Notes: generated by a model not told the origin, from the letters alone. A stretch of 64,000 nucleotides of DNA from Chrysomallon squamiferum (GCA_012295275.1 CM022665.1:46438001-46502000), one strand, 5' to 3'. Counted from the stretch's first letter, positions 11,060 through 25,982 are shown. Made by a program: numbers and translations.

Positions 11060-14000
11060 AGCAGTTGCTTTATCTAGTTAATTTTATAAAGTAATTCTCG
11101 TACTTGTCGTGCTTGAGGTTAATAAATTGCCTAAATACATTTGGTATATTTTAATGCTTATAGGTTTTTTTTTTTTATTTCTACACCCAAACCTTTACTA
11201 ATAATAAAGTCCGGCGCAGATTAATACAGAAGACAACACTTCTGCTTTACTGTGTTACGTCATGTCCTACACAGATATCTGTTTCACAGACGTCAGCTGG
11301 AGATGATGACCAGTTATTTGCTTGCTTTCAGCTACTCCACTTGAAACAACAATATTTCTTATTAGTAAAATTAACATTACGAGAAAAAAAAAAAATATAT
11401 ATATTACTGTTATAAAATAAAACTGGGATATGCATTAAAAGTAGGCGTCAGGTAATTATGAGCACCACAGAAAGTGTCGAGTCACGTGATTTGAAGATGC
11501 AGGCAATGCTCAGTTTTGTGAATGATTTTTGTACGTAAGCCTGTGTCTAAGAAATAAGCCAATATTTAAATTTATTATTTTAATTGTGTTTGGCAGTTAT
11601 AAATAAAAAAAAAGGTCGACATGACAAAAGGAGGACAAACGACCCGACCTCCATTAACTCTTTCTTTGACTCTGCGTCTGTACGTAACTTTAACGAGAAC
11701 TCGCTACTAATCAAACCGGTCCCAGGTGCCACTTTAACGTCCTCTAGTTCTAACAGCCCCAGTTTTCTTCGTCCACAGCTGACGAAATCCGGACAGCACG
11801 TTTTTTTTTTTTCCCGTCCGCTGGTCAAGCTACTCAAGAAAAAAAAAAAAAAAAAAAAAAAATGTTCTGCTCGTTATTCTGACATCATCTGCTTCGTGAA
11901 CAATTCTTACTTTTAACATCGCGTGCGAGCTCCGAATTAACACACGCTGCATTTTAATAAACTGGCTGGAAACGAAGGGACACAAAGAATTAGCAGAATT
12001 TCGTAAAAGTACAAGTTGCCGCGCTCTGTTAGATAATCGTTCTAACAGTCTGTTACGCAGCCAGACAAAGACAGAAGATTCCTCGAAGTACAAATTATAG
12101 TTGTTATCAGAACGAATTTAGATTCTGGAACAGACGGCAAGAATGGGGAAAACGACGAACGTTTTTTTTTTTTTTTTTTTTTTGGAATTAATTAATTACT
12201 TCTCAGCGCACTAAAATAACGACGTCTTATGAGATTACCAAACATCATACAGCGTGTATAGAAAAAAAAAATAATAAAGCTGATGATTTGAAAGAAGAAA
12301 TAATGCTTACACCTTACCGAGAGATATCAGTAATCTGCGATATATATACATACACTTTCTAAGTACTTCTTATTTCTGACTGATTCCGTGCCAAACGCGC
12401 TGACTCTATTTTGAGCCGCTTTACACAGAACGACTTGATTGCAGTAACAACTGGGTCTAAAAGCCAGACAGACAAATTGTTTGATAGTGACAAGCCAGGG
12501 TTTGTCCTCCGTAACACTTACATATCAATTAGATCAGACTGCGGCTTTATCTTTGTTTAACAACAAACATCTCGATTGATTTTTTTCATATATAACTGTG
12601 TAATTGACAATAAAACATGGATATTTTTTTTAATTATGGTACAGCACAATATCTAAAAGCTTTTTATGTCTGTCTGTCTGACTCTATCTGTGTATATTAA
12701 CGTTTATTCGTTACAAAACATGTTTTGAGTGTTTTATTATGCACAGCGTGCTGACGAACAAGGGGATTATTATTATTATTATTATTTGTATGTTTTTTTT
12801 TTTTTTTTTTTTCAATTATCAACAAAGGTTGTCTTATATATTCTTTCCAGACACAGATAAAGAAACGTCTTGACGTTTTATAATCCAGAAGCAGTTCTGC
12901 TGAGTTCTTCGATCGAAGTATTCGCTTTAATCCCCAGTTTAACTTCAGCTATTGCGCTGTACCTGAGATCGTTCTGGACAAATATATTACCATTACGCTG
13001 TTGTAAGAAAGAAAAAGAAAGAAAAAAAACCCCTGTTACTTAACTCATATCGATACAAAGCACATTTGTCAAATGACTGACATCCTGCGCTCCAAACAAC
13101 GAAGCTAAGTCTTACCCCCATTAAAACAGAACGAGCGCCATCTTTGTTTCCAGCGCGGGCGCTACTAATCGAGCCACAATTCCTTATCATTTCTCTCTGC
13201 TGTTAATACTGCTTTTGCAGGGAAAGATGTAATTTGCGAGGTCCACCGGGAATTCGCAATTGAGTTACGCAGTTCTAGTTGTTCGTGGTTCTTATTCGGA
13301 CACCTCGATTAGAGCAAAGAGATCAGGGGAAAACGAAAAGAAGGCAGAAACAATTAACGAAACAAAGATTCCCTGGGACTGACCCGTAATTGATTATTGG
13401 TGTGTCTCGTGACAAACGGCGAGTAAGTTTGTGCGTAAGCTGCGTAGTTTGGAATTGGGGAAGAACGTTGCAGAAACACAGACAGACAAACAGACGTGTT
13501 TGTGTGTGTGTGTGGTTAAAAAAAAAACACACAAAAAAAAAAAATATGTAAAGGAAAAAAGGAAGGAAGAGGATTTTAAAATGAATGGATTAATAAATAA
13601 ATAAGGTAAAGGATTTTTAAACATGAATGAATGAATGAATGAATGAATGAATGAGTGAATAAACAAAAATTAATAAAAAAAAAAAAAAATAAATAAAATA
13701 AAATAAGCTGGTAAATATAAAACTAATGAATGAATGAATAATATAAAAATAAATAAATAAATAAATAGATAAATAAATAAATAAATATAGATTAATACAT
13801 AAATAAAAATGAAACTAATAAATATAAAACTAATAAATAAATAAATAAATAACCAACGAGTGTAAGCAGATGGTCTTTAAATTCCAAGATACAATCTTAA
13901 TCAAAGTCAAATCGAAGATTCAGATCCAAGACAGATTCCAGATCTAGATCTGTGCTTTTGACAAAACACGCATGTCAATAACTGGATCTCAGTCACAATC

Positions 14001-14342
14001 AGTTCAAAGTCTGAATCTTACTCTTGATCTCTAAGAATTTCTAAACCTAAGTTTAACACTAATTTTAGGTATAGATATAGGACTAGATAACGGTCTTAAT
14101 CAAGGCCAAAAGCAAGGCATAGACCAAGGTCAGTTTAGAGTCAAGGTCGAAGTATTAAAGAAGTTCTAAAGTTTCACTGCAGTTCGTTTTGAAACATAAT
14201 TTATAAAGTCGAGACTGCAGTATTGATCTAGTGTTAATCACGAGATAAATGTAAAAACTGTATACTGAATAAAAATACGTGACTGTATTAGCCTCGTTAT
14301 CACTGAGAACTCGCATGTACGTTGTTTCTGACAGAACAGAGA

Positions 14343-14519
14343 AGCGTGTATTTGAATTACTGTTAATACATAGTGAAAATGTTTAAAACTAAAACGCACC
14401 ACCACCACCACCACCACTACTGCTACTACTACAACGTTTAATTGAATTACTGTCAATACATAGTGAAAGTGTTTAAAACTAAAAAGCACCACCACCACCA
14501 CTAGTACTACTACTACTAT

Positions 14520-14600
<81 letters not shown>

Positions 14601-15320
14601 AGCGTTTAATTGAATTACTGTCAATACATAGTGAAAATGTTTAAAAAGTACCACCATCACCACCACCACTACTACTACTACACCACCACTACCTACTACA
14701 ACAACTACTACTACTATTACTACTACTACTACTACAACTACAGCGTTTAATTGAATTACTGTCAATACATAGTGAAAATGTTTAAAACTAAAAAGTACCA
14801 CCACCACCACCACCACTACTCTACTACTACTACTACTACTGCTGCTTCTACTACAACGTTTAACTGAATCACTGTTAATATATAGCGAACATGTTTAAAA
14901 TTAAAGACTTCTACCACGATAACTCGACATTTACCACTGCTGCTACAACTACAACTACTACTGCTACTACTACCACTGCATTTATTTGAAGTACTGTTAA
15001 TACATAGTGACAAGATTAAAAATTATAGACAACTACCACGATAACTCGACTGCTACTACTACTGCTATTGCTACTGCTACTGTTACTACTACTACTACTG
15101 CTATTGCTACTGCTACTGTTACTACTACTACTACTGCTATTGCTACTGCTACTGTTACTACTACTACTACTGCTATTGCTACTGCTACTGTTACTACTAC
15201 TACTACTGCTATTGCTACTGCTACTGTTACTACTACTACTACTGCTGATACTACTACTACCATCACTACATTTATCTGAGTTACTGTTAATACATAGTGA
15301 AAATGTTTACAGTTAAAGAA
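14343..15320. repeat. Compound array: ~54-bp conserved block x7 separated by variable (CAC)/(TAC) trinucleotide tracts
   Basis: Block tgaattactgtcaatacatagtgaaaatgtttaaaa starts at ~14343, 14433, 14601 and 14742; diverged copies at ~14854, 14978 and 15268. Confidence 0.9.
15058..15246. repeat. 36-bp higher-order repeat of ACT-type trinucleotides
   Basis: actgctattgctactgctactgttactactactact x5. Confidence 0.9.
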
Positions 15321-15379
15321 TACTACTGCTATTAGTACTAGTTTATTTACTCGATTACTACAACTACTACTACGTCCAC

Positions 15380-15650
15380 CACTATTACTATTACAGTTAC
15401 TACTACAACAACAACAACAGCTACTACTATTACAACTATTACTAATATGAATACTATTACTTGATCTACTACTTCTATTAGTTTTACAATTGCTGTTATT
15501 ACGACTACAATTACTATTACAGTTACTACTACAACAACAACAACAGCTACTACTATTATAACTATTACTAATATGAATACTATTACTTGATCTACTACTT
15601 CTATTAGTTTTACAATTGCTGTTATTACTACTACAATTACTATTACTACG
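15380..15650. repeat. Two-copy ~120-bp duplication in ACT/ATT-rich DNA
   Basis: ctaatatgaatactattacttgatctactacttctattagttttacaattgctg occurs twice. Confidence 0.85.
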
Positions 15651-16162
15651 AGTATTACTATTACAACTACTACTACCGCTATTACTATTACTTTATTTAG
15701 ATTAATACTGCACATACTTCCTACTTTTACAACTGCTATTACTACTGCTACTGCTACTACTACTACTACCACTACTGTTTACTGTTATTACAATTATAAC
15801 TACTATTTTCTGATATCGAAAACTCCAGTAACAAAAAAAAAATATCCTCTTTTATAATAAATGATATGAAAAAGAAAGAAAGAAAGAAGAAAAGAAAAAA
15901 GTTGAAAAACTGATTTGATAAAATGAAATTAATTTGTTTAAAAAATTTCAGAAAGCGATATAATGAGGTGCAAAAACTTTCTGCTGACAATGGAAACAAA
16001 AAGGCAATTTGCTGTCTAACAAAAACGTTAATGGAACAAATTAGACATTATGACATTATTACTTGGTAAGGATATATGACGTTTAAATCACTGTTTAATA
16101 AAACGTAGTATCACATCTGTTCATTCTTAGCTCATTTTCATCATAAGACTGAAGTGTCAAAG

Positions 16163-16168
<6 letters not shown>

Positions 16169-16238
<70 letters not shown>
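16169..16238. repeat. (GA)n microsatellite
   Basis: Direct inspection. Confidence 0.95.
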
Positions 16239-16243
<5 letters not shown>

Positions 16244-16579
16244 TAAATGAGAAAGATAGTGAGATAGTCATACAGAGAAAAGACTGAGAGAAATATCACG
16301 TTATTAGTAAATATAATATACAAAAGTAATGAAAACAACTGAAACAAGTGGACAAACTTGTTGGTGTAATTATGACAGACAATAAACGTCTCCATTAATA
16401 TGAAAAGTGAACTCTGTAAACAGATAGTTAGTTATCTACATCTCTTCTTCCTTTCTGTCGTCAAATACAAAACAAGCAATAAGAAAAATTATGATTGGAT
16501 TAATGAACAAGCAAGATAAACAGATAACCGAATAGTTGGATTAATTTAATAAAAGTTAAAAAGTATAAAGTAAAACAAA

Positions 16580-16588
16580 CAGATAAAT

Positions 16589-16621
<33 letters not shown>

Positions 16622-16880
16622 CAGATAGATAGAAAGATAGAAAGATAGACAGACAGATGGATATATAGATAGATAGATAGATAGAAAGATAAATAAACAA
16701 ATAAATAAATAAATAATATAAATGAATGAATAAATAAATAAATGAATAAATAAATAAATAAAATAAAATAAAATAAATATAAAATAAAGTAAAATAAAAT
16801 AAAATAAAATAAAATAAAATAAAATAAAATAAAATAAATAAAAATAAAATAAAATAAAATAAAATAAAATAAATAAAATG
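16580..16880. repeat. (AGAT)n/(AAAT)n/(AAAAT)n compound microsatellite
   Basis: Direct inspection. Confidence 0.9.
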
Positions 16881-18004
16881 TATATTAGCAAATATATAAA
16901 ATCAATTAAAGTCTGTTTTGTTTAACATCAATATTAACCACTTTGAACAATTTTCCATCACGGAATACTGAATATTATAAAAAAAACCCCAAAAACTCTG
17001 ACATCTCATCTCCCGAGAAAACCCGTCACTTTCTCCTACTACCAGCAGTATTATTATCACTTTCCCTCGACAATACAGCACCTACCATAACGTTTCAAAT
17101 ACCAAACAACAAACAAGGAAGAGACTAAGAAACGTCACAAATGCTGGCCACGCAAGTTTGACTCGGCTCTGTACTAATTATCAAGTCTACGCAGCCAAAT
17201 GAAAGTCATTAATAATCTAGATATAGAAAGTGGAAGAAGAAGAAGAAGAAAAAAAAATAAAAATCTAATTCCATCTCTACAGTGATTATATCATTGACGA
17301 CTCGTTCAGATCCTATCAAATGCCCGCGACTCGAAACGTTTAGTACCAGTGGATCTCTAATTATGGCCGAAGCTTCAGTCTTTGCCCGTCACAAGTAGAC
17401 TGTTTAATGGGCTTTCTGTTATGTGTACACAATAACGTTATACAGGCGGAATATAAAACGAGAACGCGGTGTACGAAATAACGTTACGCTCAGAGCGAGG
17501 CTGAAGTGGTAAAAATGTTGTGGGTTTTTTTCGTAGCAGATAATTATTGATCTGAGCTAGACGTGAAATACAATTAGTTACGTGTTAGCTGCGCTTTGAG
17601 AAAAGAGTGGAGTTGTTGTTTGTATCTATTGTGTAAGATAAAAAGATAAAAAAATAAAATAAAAAAAAAAAAAGAGTCGGAAAAAACAAAAAGTAAGATA
17701 ATGATTGAGAAAGATAAAATATTTTTCATTTTTAATTATCGTCAAAATATTTATTTTTTTCTGCAGCTGTTTTGCATTGAGCTGTGAAGATGAATTTTGA
17801 AAGATGATATTAGGAGATATGAAAATTTTGGAATATAAATTAATAAAAAAAATACATCAGAAAGAACAGAATAGAGGTTATGTTTAGTAGGGGGAAAAAA
17901 GCGTCTTTAAAAAAGAAAGAAAAAAGATTATAAAACAAATTTAAACTAAAATGAATGTAAGAGCTTTAGTTTTACAAAAATTCTGAAGAAAATCTAAACA
18001 GATA

Positions 18005-18200
18005 CGTTTGAAATAATATCGTTGAATAAAGGTTTGAAACAATGTCTTTGAAGAAAAGTTTGAAACAATATCTTTGAAGAAAAGTTTGGAACAATATCTT
18101 TGAAGAAAAGTTTGAAACAATATATTTGAAAAAAGTTTGAAACAGTATCTCTAATGAAAGGTTTGAAACAATGTCTTTGAAAAAAAATTTCGATACATTT
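18005..18200. repeat. ~27-bp minisatellite
   Basis: aaagtttgaaacaatatctttgaaga, about 7 copies; accounts for ORFs 17972..18283 and 17994..18251. Confidence 0.9.
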
Positions 18201-18961
18201 ATCTGAAGATAAATTTGGAAAACTCTTTCTGAAAATAAAACTGAAAAACATCTCTGGAACGAAAATCTTTGAAAGCCAAACAAGTCTGGAAGACCATCTT
18301 TGATGATAGCTTTAGAAGAAGATAAATACGAAGAAAAAAAAAAATGCAGAAGTCAATCTCTGAACAATAAAATAAAATAAAACAATAACATCACACCTCA
18401 GTTAACATTCTAACTTCACTCCTAATATCAATTTAACTGATTAAAAGTTGCTTTAGCATAATCTATTTTTTCATACAGTTACCTGGTGAACAATAAACCG
18501 TATTGAACACCGTCCGGTTCATACAAAAAGATGCTAAAAACAACAATAATACACCAGCTAATGAGCAGTCGGTGCGTTTGTCAAAACAAATGGCGTCTGC
18601 TGTTTTGATATGCTCCTAACAAAAGAAACGGGATCCTTTAGGCAAGACTGAACTGAGTTCTATTTCAAAAAGTTAGCATCGTAGTCTGGTACTCCGCATG
18701 AATAAATTACAAGAGATGTCAAAACATCGGGATATCACAAGCTCCAAACGTATTTATTATTTATTATTATTCACTGTTTTAATTTTTTATTATTTTTATA
18801 TTCTTCTTCTTCATCATTAATATTATTCCTGGTTTTGATTGGTTATTATTTTTATGTTGTTGTTATTATTATTATTATTATGATTATTATTATTATTGTA
18901 TTACTACTACTACTACTATTGTTATTATTGTTGTTGTTATTGTTATTTTTTTTTTCTTCTT

Positions 18962-18992
<31 letters not shown>

Positions 18993-18994
18993 TT

Positions 18995-19025
<31 letters not shown>

Positions 19026-19599
19026 TTTAACTTGTTGTTAAATTTAAAACAGAAAACTGCACTTACATTAGTGCACTGGTACTGTAAAGATCATTACGTT
19101 TGGCAAATAGGAGGAATGCACTGGTAATGGAAACTATCGGAACAACAGCTTGAAATGGAGTTCAGTTTACAAGAGAACGTAAAGTCAACGAGGCCGTATC
19201 ACAGTCGTTTCGAAACATTCCTGTTTATTAATGAACAAATTTATCATCGTCGTCGTCATCGTCGTCAGATCATCATCATTGTGCAGCTGTAGTGTTCCGT
19301 TTGTTTGACCAAGCCTCAGCAGGTCTTTCTTCCTGTCATGCGCTGTGATGTGCAAAATGGTTTCTTTCTACTACTCATCCAGGAATGACGGAACATAACC
19401 ACACATATTTACAGCACAGCATAACCGTACTACAGTATAATTAGAAATGTTTAGAGCATAATATAATCGTAAATGTTTACTACAACTTAACGTGACAGTC
19501 GATGTTTATAACACAGTCGTAAATGTTTACTGCAATGTAACATCACCATGAATGTTTACAACGTAACATAAAGTAAATATTTACAGCAACGTGGCACGA

Positions 19600-20010
19600 C
19601 TATGAAAGTTTATAACGTAATCGTAAGTATTACTACAGTGCAACATGGTCATGAAAGTTTACAACGTAATCGTAAGTATTACTACAGTGCAACATGGTCA
19701 TGAAAGTTTACAACGTAATCGTAAGTATTACTACAGTGCAACATGGTCATGAAAGTTTACAACGTAATCGTAAGTATTACTACAGTGCAACATGGTAATG
19801 AAAGTTTATAACGTAATCGTAAGTATTACTACAATGCAACATGGTCATGAAAGTTTACAACGTAATCGTAAGTATTACTACAATGCAACATGGTCATGAA
19901 AGTTTACAACGTAATCGTAAGTATTACTACAATGCAACATGGTCATGAAAGTTTATAACGTAATCGTAAGTATTACTACAGTGCAACATGGTCATGAAAG
20001 TTTACAACGT
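19600..20010. repeat. 49-bp minisatellite, ~8 highly similar copies
   Basis: catggtcatgaaagtttacaacgtaatcgtaagtattactacagtgcaa; period 49 (tcgtaag at 19621 and 19670). Confidence 0.97.
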
Positions 20011-22068
20011 AGCGTAAACGTAAATGTTTTGTACAACGCACAGATCGTAGATTGTTTACAACGTAACCCAGACGTAAAACGCGCACTCTTTGTATAGCGG
20101 GGTCATTTCAATGTATTTTCAGTTATACGAGCGTCGTAATTTTGAAAACATTTCTGCACTTTGGTCGTAAAACCGCGCTCGTAATGAAAAGACTCTCGTG
20201 TGTATTATCTCACGGCGAGGCGGCTTTTTCCTGGTCTTTTTTTTACTGCCGCTGTGTCCGTTTACGATCGTGTTATTATGAATCGTAAACACACCCTTGC
20301 ATCTCTGCCGCGCCGAGAAACAGAGCCGGGCAAATAACAAGAGAGACGTAAGTTGTCTTTATATCACGGTCGTAAATCTTCACTGCAGATTTATCAGATA
20401 ACGGGTCTTTATGCTGTCACTTCGTGTTATGTTATGAGGGACGTAAAACGGGTAATTTACGGTCGTTTTTTTTTTTTGAATAAAGAATCGCTAATTTTCT
20501 ATCGGTTTGAATTACAGGCACGAACTGCCGAAATAAAAGTCTGGTTGTGTTTTTTTTTTTTTGATGCGACGGTTAAGACTGAGAATTGTTTTTCGGTTTC
20601 TGACGCGTTTAAAACACGACCTGCATTCGGCACATAGGCAAATAAAGGAAAACTGACTGGTTAATAGTTTAATCGATACTAATTAAGTGCTCTTCCAGCC
20701 TCATTTCGCTTCTCCGACCGCCGATTTCGAGATATGTGTCATGGAAATGGTCTACGTCTTGTACGAATAAATGAATGGTAAATTCACTTAGCTCAGATTG
20801 GAAATCACTGTACTGCTTCTTGTAGAGAAATCGACAGTTGTGATTTTTGGTCTACGTTACGTCAAAACAGGAAAACCTTTTTATACATATAAGTAATGTA
20901 GAATAAAGTAATGTAGTTCGGCACAGTTTAGTGTAGAAAAATAGAACGTAACACAGCACAGTCTAGGTAGAATACTACTACTATTACTACTACAGCAACA
21001 ACAACAACAACAACAACAACTACTACTACTACTACTACTACTACTATTACTACTACTACTACTACTACTAATAATAATAATAATAATAATAAGAAGAAGA
21101 AGAACAGTAGTTACAACAACAAAATAACAACGAAAAAAATATCAAAACAGTTAATAATTTAATACTGATGAAGATAAATGAACAACGGTAACAACAAAAA
21201 TTAAGACATGGAATAAAAAAAGGAAATGATGATTTGATGATGAAAAGAGATGTGACTGAAGAATGAAGGAAACTGTGACTATTAAAAAAAAATTATGAAA
21301 AAGATGAGAGTAAAAGAAAAGATGAAAAATTAAAAAAAGAAGTGAAAAAGATGAAAAATTTATGAAAAAGAAAAAAAAAGAAAAAAGAAGTGAAAAAAGA
21401 TGGAAAAATTTAAAAAAGATTAAGATGAAAAAATGAAAAGAAGACGAAAAACAAAAAATAAAAATTAGAAGAAGAAGAAAAAATTAGAAGAAGAAGATGA
21501 CGAAGAGGAAGAAAAAGTGAAAAAAGATAAAAAAAAAAAAAAAAATCACAAAAAAAAAAAAATGGCGGAAGAAAACGAAAAAAGCAACAACAACAACGAC
21601 AACGACTACGACGACGAGGTCTTCAGCGACTTCAGTTCTGAGAAACAACAAAACAATGGACGCTCGAACTCGTAAAGTGTTTCCACGGAACAAGCACTGT
21701 TTTTCCTTCTCGTTTCAGCGGGCGAGTGTTTTTAACGAAAACGTACAATTTCCTGCTCGTTATTAACTGAGAAAAGAAAAAACAGATTTCGAGTCAGCCT
21801 CGCTGATTTCAGCCCTGATCGAGAACGCGATGGCGCGTGAAGAATATTATTGTTAAATTAAGGTCTGAGCACACTGCGTGATTTGCTGGAACGACCCTAA
21901 ATTACGTTGGTGAAAAGAGAGGGGGAAATTGCAGTTTCATGGGTTAAAATGCTAATGCTGTATAAATAAATTATTTTTATTTCGTGGTTTTCGTGGCATG
22001 GTGGTACTTGATGTCATTTTGAAATGATGATGATGATGATGATTATAATAATTATAGTAACTGTAGTA

Positions 22069-22115
<47 letters not shown>

Positions 22116-22467
22116 TTTCTTCATTAAAACATTCTTCTGATATTTACATGACGTCACCCCTTTTCTCTTAAAAAGAAGAAGAAACAACAACAACAAACAA
22201 ACAAAAAACAAAACTGAGATAATTTAAATATTTTCAACTGAAACGTAAATGGTGCTGCTAACAAAAAGTTATTATCTTACTTTATTGTTATCAAAGGTTG
22301 GGTGTTAAAACAAAACGTATAAAATGAAGTTAGGCTATTTGTTCACGTAGATAGATAGATGGATAGATAGATAGATAGACAGAGAGATAGATAGATAGAT
22401 ACAGATACAGATGCAGATATAGATATAAGATATAGATAGACTGATATAGATAGATATAGATACAGAT

Positions 22468-22510
<43 letters not shown>

Positions 22511-23906
22511 TAAATATATTAAATAAAGATACACACTGAAACAAAAACGCTAGTTAATCATATAATTTATTATTTTCTTTCTATCTTCATTCATTCTTTC
22601 ATCTACCTATTCCTTCTAATTTCTTTTTTTTTTCTTCCATCATCGTACAACATCTTCATTTTTTTTTCATTTTTATTTTTTTTATAACACCGTGTTTATT
22701 CTGTGATAAAAGTAATTCATTGACAAATCAGTTAGTGAAAAGAAAACAGAAACTGAACACTTGTCAATAGCGAAAACCTTCGTGTGCTTCAAGTTATTGG
22801 CGCGTTCATTACGTGCATCGACAGAATCGTTTAAAACGACGAGACGTCTTTTCTCTCGTTTTGGAACAAATCAATTTGTTCAGGTCTGTGCTGTCCTGTC
22901 TCTTCTCTCTCTCTGTGTTACTCTCTCTCTCTCGTCCACTGTGATTTTCTCTCTCTCTGCCTGACTCTCTATCCCCTCTCTCTCTCTGGGGGGAGATCTC
23001 TCTCTCGTTCAGTGTGTTAATCGAAGTCTGAAATCGAAGTTTGTTTTAGCAAAACGACGTCGTTATTTTGAGCGTGCCTTTTCTGTCATCGTTCAGTTGT
23101 TAATCGAAGTCATAGTTAACGACGTCATTATTGATTGTTTTTCTGTCATCGCTTTTTGCATATCCAGAATTTGTTTATTCTGAAATGAGTCCTCTGTAAA
23201 GGTGATATACGCTATGTTTTCCCATTAGCAGGAAGATATATATATATATTTTTAATCCAATTTCCAAAAATAAATGTGAGTGTTAAGATATTGGCAAATC
23301 ACTGGTGTTTGTTACTATGATCTGTGTTACGTTGTATGTTATGATAATAATGATTGCATGAAATCCTAATAGTTATTACGCTGTATGTAAAATTATTTTC
23401 ATCTTTCGAATGTTCACTCTATATAATAATAACAATCATCATCATCATCATCATTATCATTGTTCTCATCAAATTCAGACTATCTTACATTTACATCTAG
23501 AGTCATCATGGTCATCGTCAACATCTCAAAGACAGTAAAACGACGGCATCAGCAACAACACTGATAGTAACTGTCAACAGGTGTCTCAGTGTTTTTTTTT
23601 TTGTAACATTTTATTAAAGAAGAAACCCACTGTTTCATTCCGATCATTTCACTTTTTCCAGCAAAGGGATATTTTACATGTTTTACCCCCCAAGCGTTGT
23701 TAACGACGGTCTTTTTCAAAAACCAATCGGGGCAATTACTAGAACGGGAGAAACAGCCCGGCGGGCAGGCTGAACTCGAAATGTGAAGATTTAAAGTTTT
23801 AATTTCTTCACGGAAAGCAGTTACGATCCTTGAGATGAGCTGAAAGATGAAAACCTTCCTGCAAAAAACAAACAAACGCGAAGAAAGGCAAACACGAGCA
23901 CAGGAT

Positions 23907-23942
<36 letters not shown>

Positions 23943-25982
23943 CAAACAAGATTTCTGCCAACAAGAGACGCTCGCTAAACTCTGGATGCAATTCTCTTTC
24001 ATTCTCTCTCTCTCTCGCGAGCTGAAACACGCGTCTTATAGCTGAATGGAAGGGAGACGAGATTACAAAACAATTTACTCGAGATTATTTTTCAAGAACT
24101 CGTTTTACAATGTAAAATCCGTGAGTGCGGTTGCGTGTGCTGTGCCCCAGAAGGTGAAACGTTATTGAAAATTAGGCCGATTCATCCGTAGCTGATTGGA
24201 ATCCAAAAAAAAAAAAAAAAAAAAAAAAAGAAATGAAAAAAAAAAAAAAAAAAAATGAAGGAAAATCTTGAGTTGACAGCTCGGGGCCACCATCTTTCAT
24301 TTAATATTTACGCTCTCGTATTGTGAAAACTAAACGTAGCGAAATTACACCCATTATTTGTAAACAAATGTACGTATCAGGCAGCGAAATGGAGCGGAAA
24401 AGTTAAACCGTTTCTGTTTTCTTCGGTTATCGTCGTAATTATCATCATCATTATCGTCACCATTATCATCATCATTATCATCATCAGTGTCATCATCATT
24501 ATCATCATCTCCCTTACAGACGCACACGTTCTGTCTTCTGCGCTCTCTCACGCACAAAACATTCTATCACCAGTTCTCTCTCTTTCTGATGACCTTGTCC
24601 GTCTGTCTCTTTCGATCAGTCGGTGAATCTGTCAGTTCATTCTTTTCTCCCTCTCTTCATACACCCAAGCAGCAACCACACTAAGCGGCAGCAGCAGCAG
24701 AAACAACAACAGCGACAATAAACAACAACAGTGATGCAATAATGATGATGATGATGATGATGATAATTATGATGATGTTGGTTTTGGTATGATGACGGTG
24801 ATGGTAATGATGATGATGGTGGTGATAATAATAATAATAATTATAATGATGCTAGTGCTGATATGATGATAATGATGATAGTAATGATGATGATGATGAT
24901 TATGCCGATGAAGAAAAATGATGATGATGATTATGCTGATGAAGAAAAATGATAATGTTACTTACACATACAAGCAGCGGATTTGAAACCTACATCATGG
25001 TTGCACCCTTGGTTTCTCTTACGTACGTACGGAAAAAAAGCCGCGAGGAACACGAAAACATGGACAACACACACCACACACACAGAAATAACGTCATTCC
25101 AGCGTCACTCAACACTTCACACACACATCGGCACGTCGTCGCGTGCGGCACCCACTTAACGCGTGCGCCTTTCAAATTTAGTGCGTGGCAAATTGACGCG
25201 AAACCAGGAAAAGTCCTCTCTTATTACTGGTATCAGGCGACCCACCTCGTCTTCTTAATCGCCGGGGTAATGCACGCCTGGCGTGTTTCTTCTCTGTTGT
25301 TGTGAGACTGTTTTTGTGAATATCGCCACTCAAGGCTATTGCTGCGGCTGCTTTTCCAGAGAAACGGTCGAGGAATCCTTTGAGTGTAAATAATTAATGG
25401 ATAAGATGTGAATTTAGTTGTCGTTTTTCAGGCAGCGATGGTTTTGTCTTTCGTTTTAAGATCTGCATGTGAATGTGTTGTTGTAATGGCAGTGACTAGG
25501 TCAGACCAGCCGTCGTGTTTCTGTTGCTTTTTATTAATTATAAATTTTTTATTAGAGCTGGGAACCCGATATTTTTTGAAGCCATTTTACGTCCATTATG
25601 TTATTTTTCCCATTCCACGCAGATCTTAATGTTTCGCATAATTATAATTATTCCTTACTGAAATCTGGGTTTTGAGTTTCGTGATTTGAAAAAAAACAAC
25701 TTTAATGATGGATACGAAGATATGGACAGATGGTGCATGTAAATTTGTTTTATACTTCCAAGTACCTGTTGTATTTTTACTTCTCACCAATCGTTGTTGA
25801 TAATAAAGTTTGTAAATAGCATAACGTAGCTTATCCGGACTGAAACCTGCACTTTTCTCTCTTTTTTGTGCTACTGCGAAATTGTTTGATTCTTAAGTTA
25901 CAAAAATGTTTTACACACACGCACACGCACACACATATACACACAAAGATACAATGAACCAAATGAATAATTAATATTGGTT

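Noticed and set aside
14238-14816. Longest ORF (192 aa, poly-Val with FKHFHYVLTVIQLN repeats)
   Set aside because: The frame stays open because the spacers are trinucleotide repeats; composition is implausible for a protein
14343-15320. CRISPR-like repeat/spacer array
   Set aside because: Spacers are low-complexity trinucleotide runs of very unequal length, there are no cas genes, and the context is eukaryotic
23549-23875. 108-aa minus ORF after a strong acceptor at 23858
   Set aside because: No recognisable domain and only a weak donor; insufficient support
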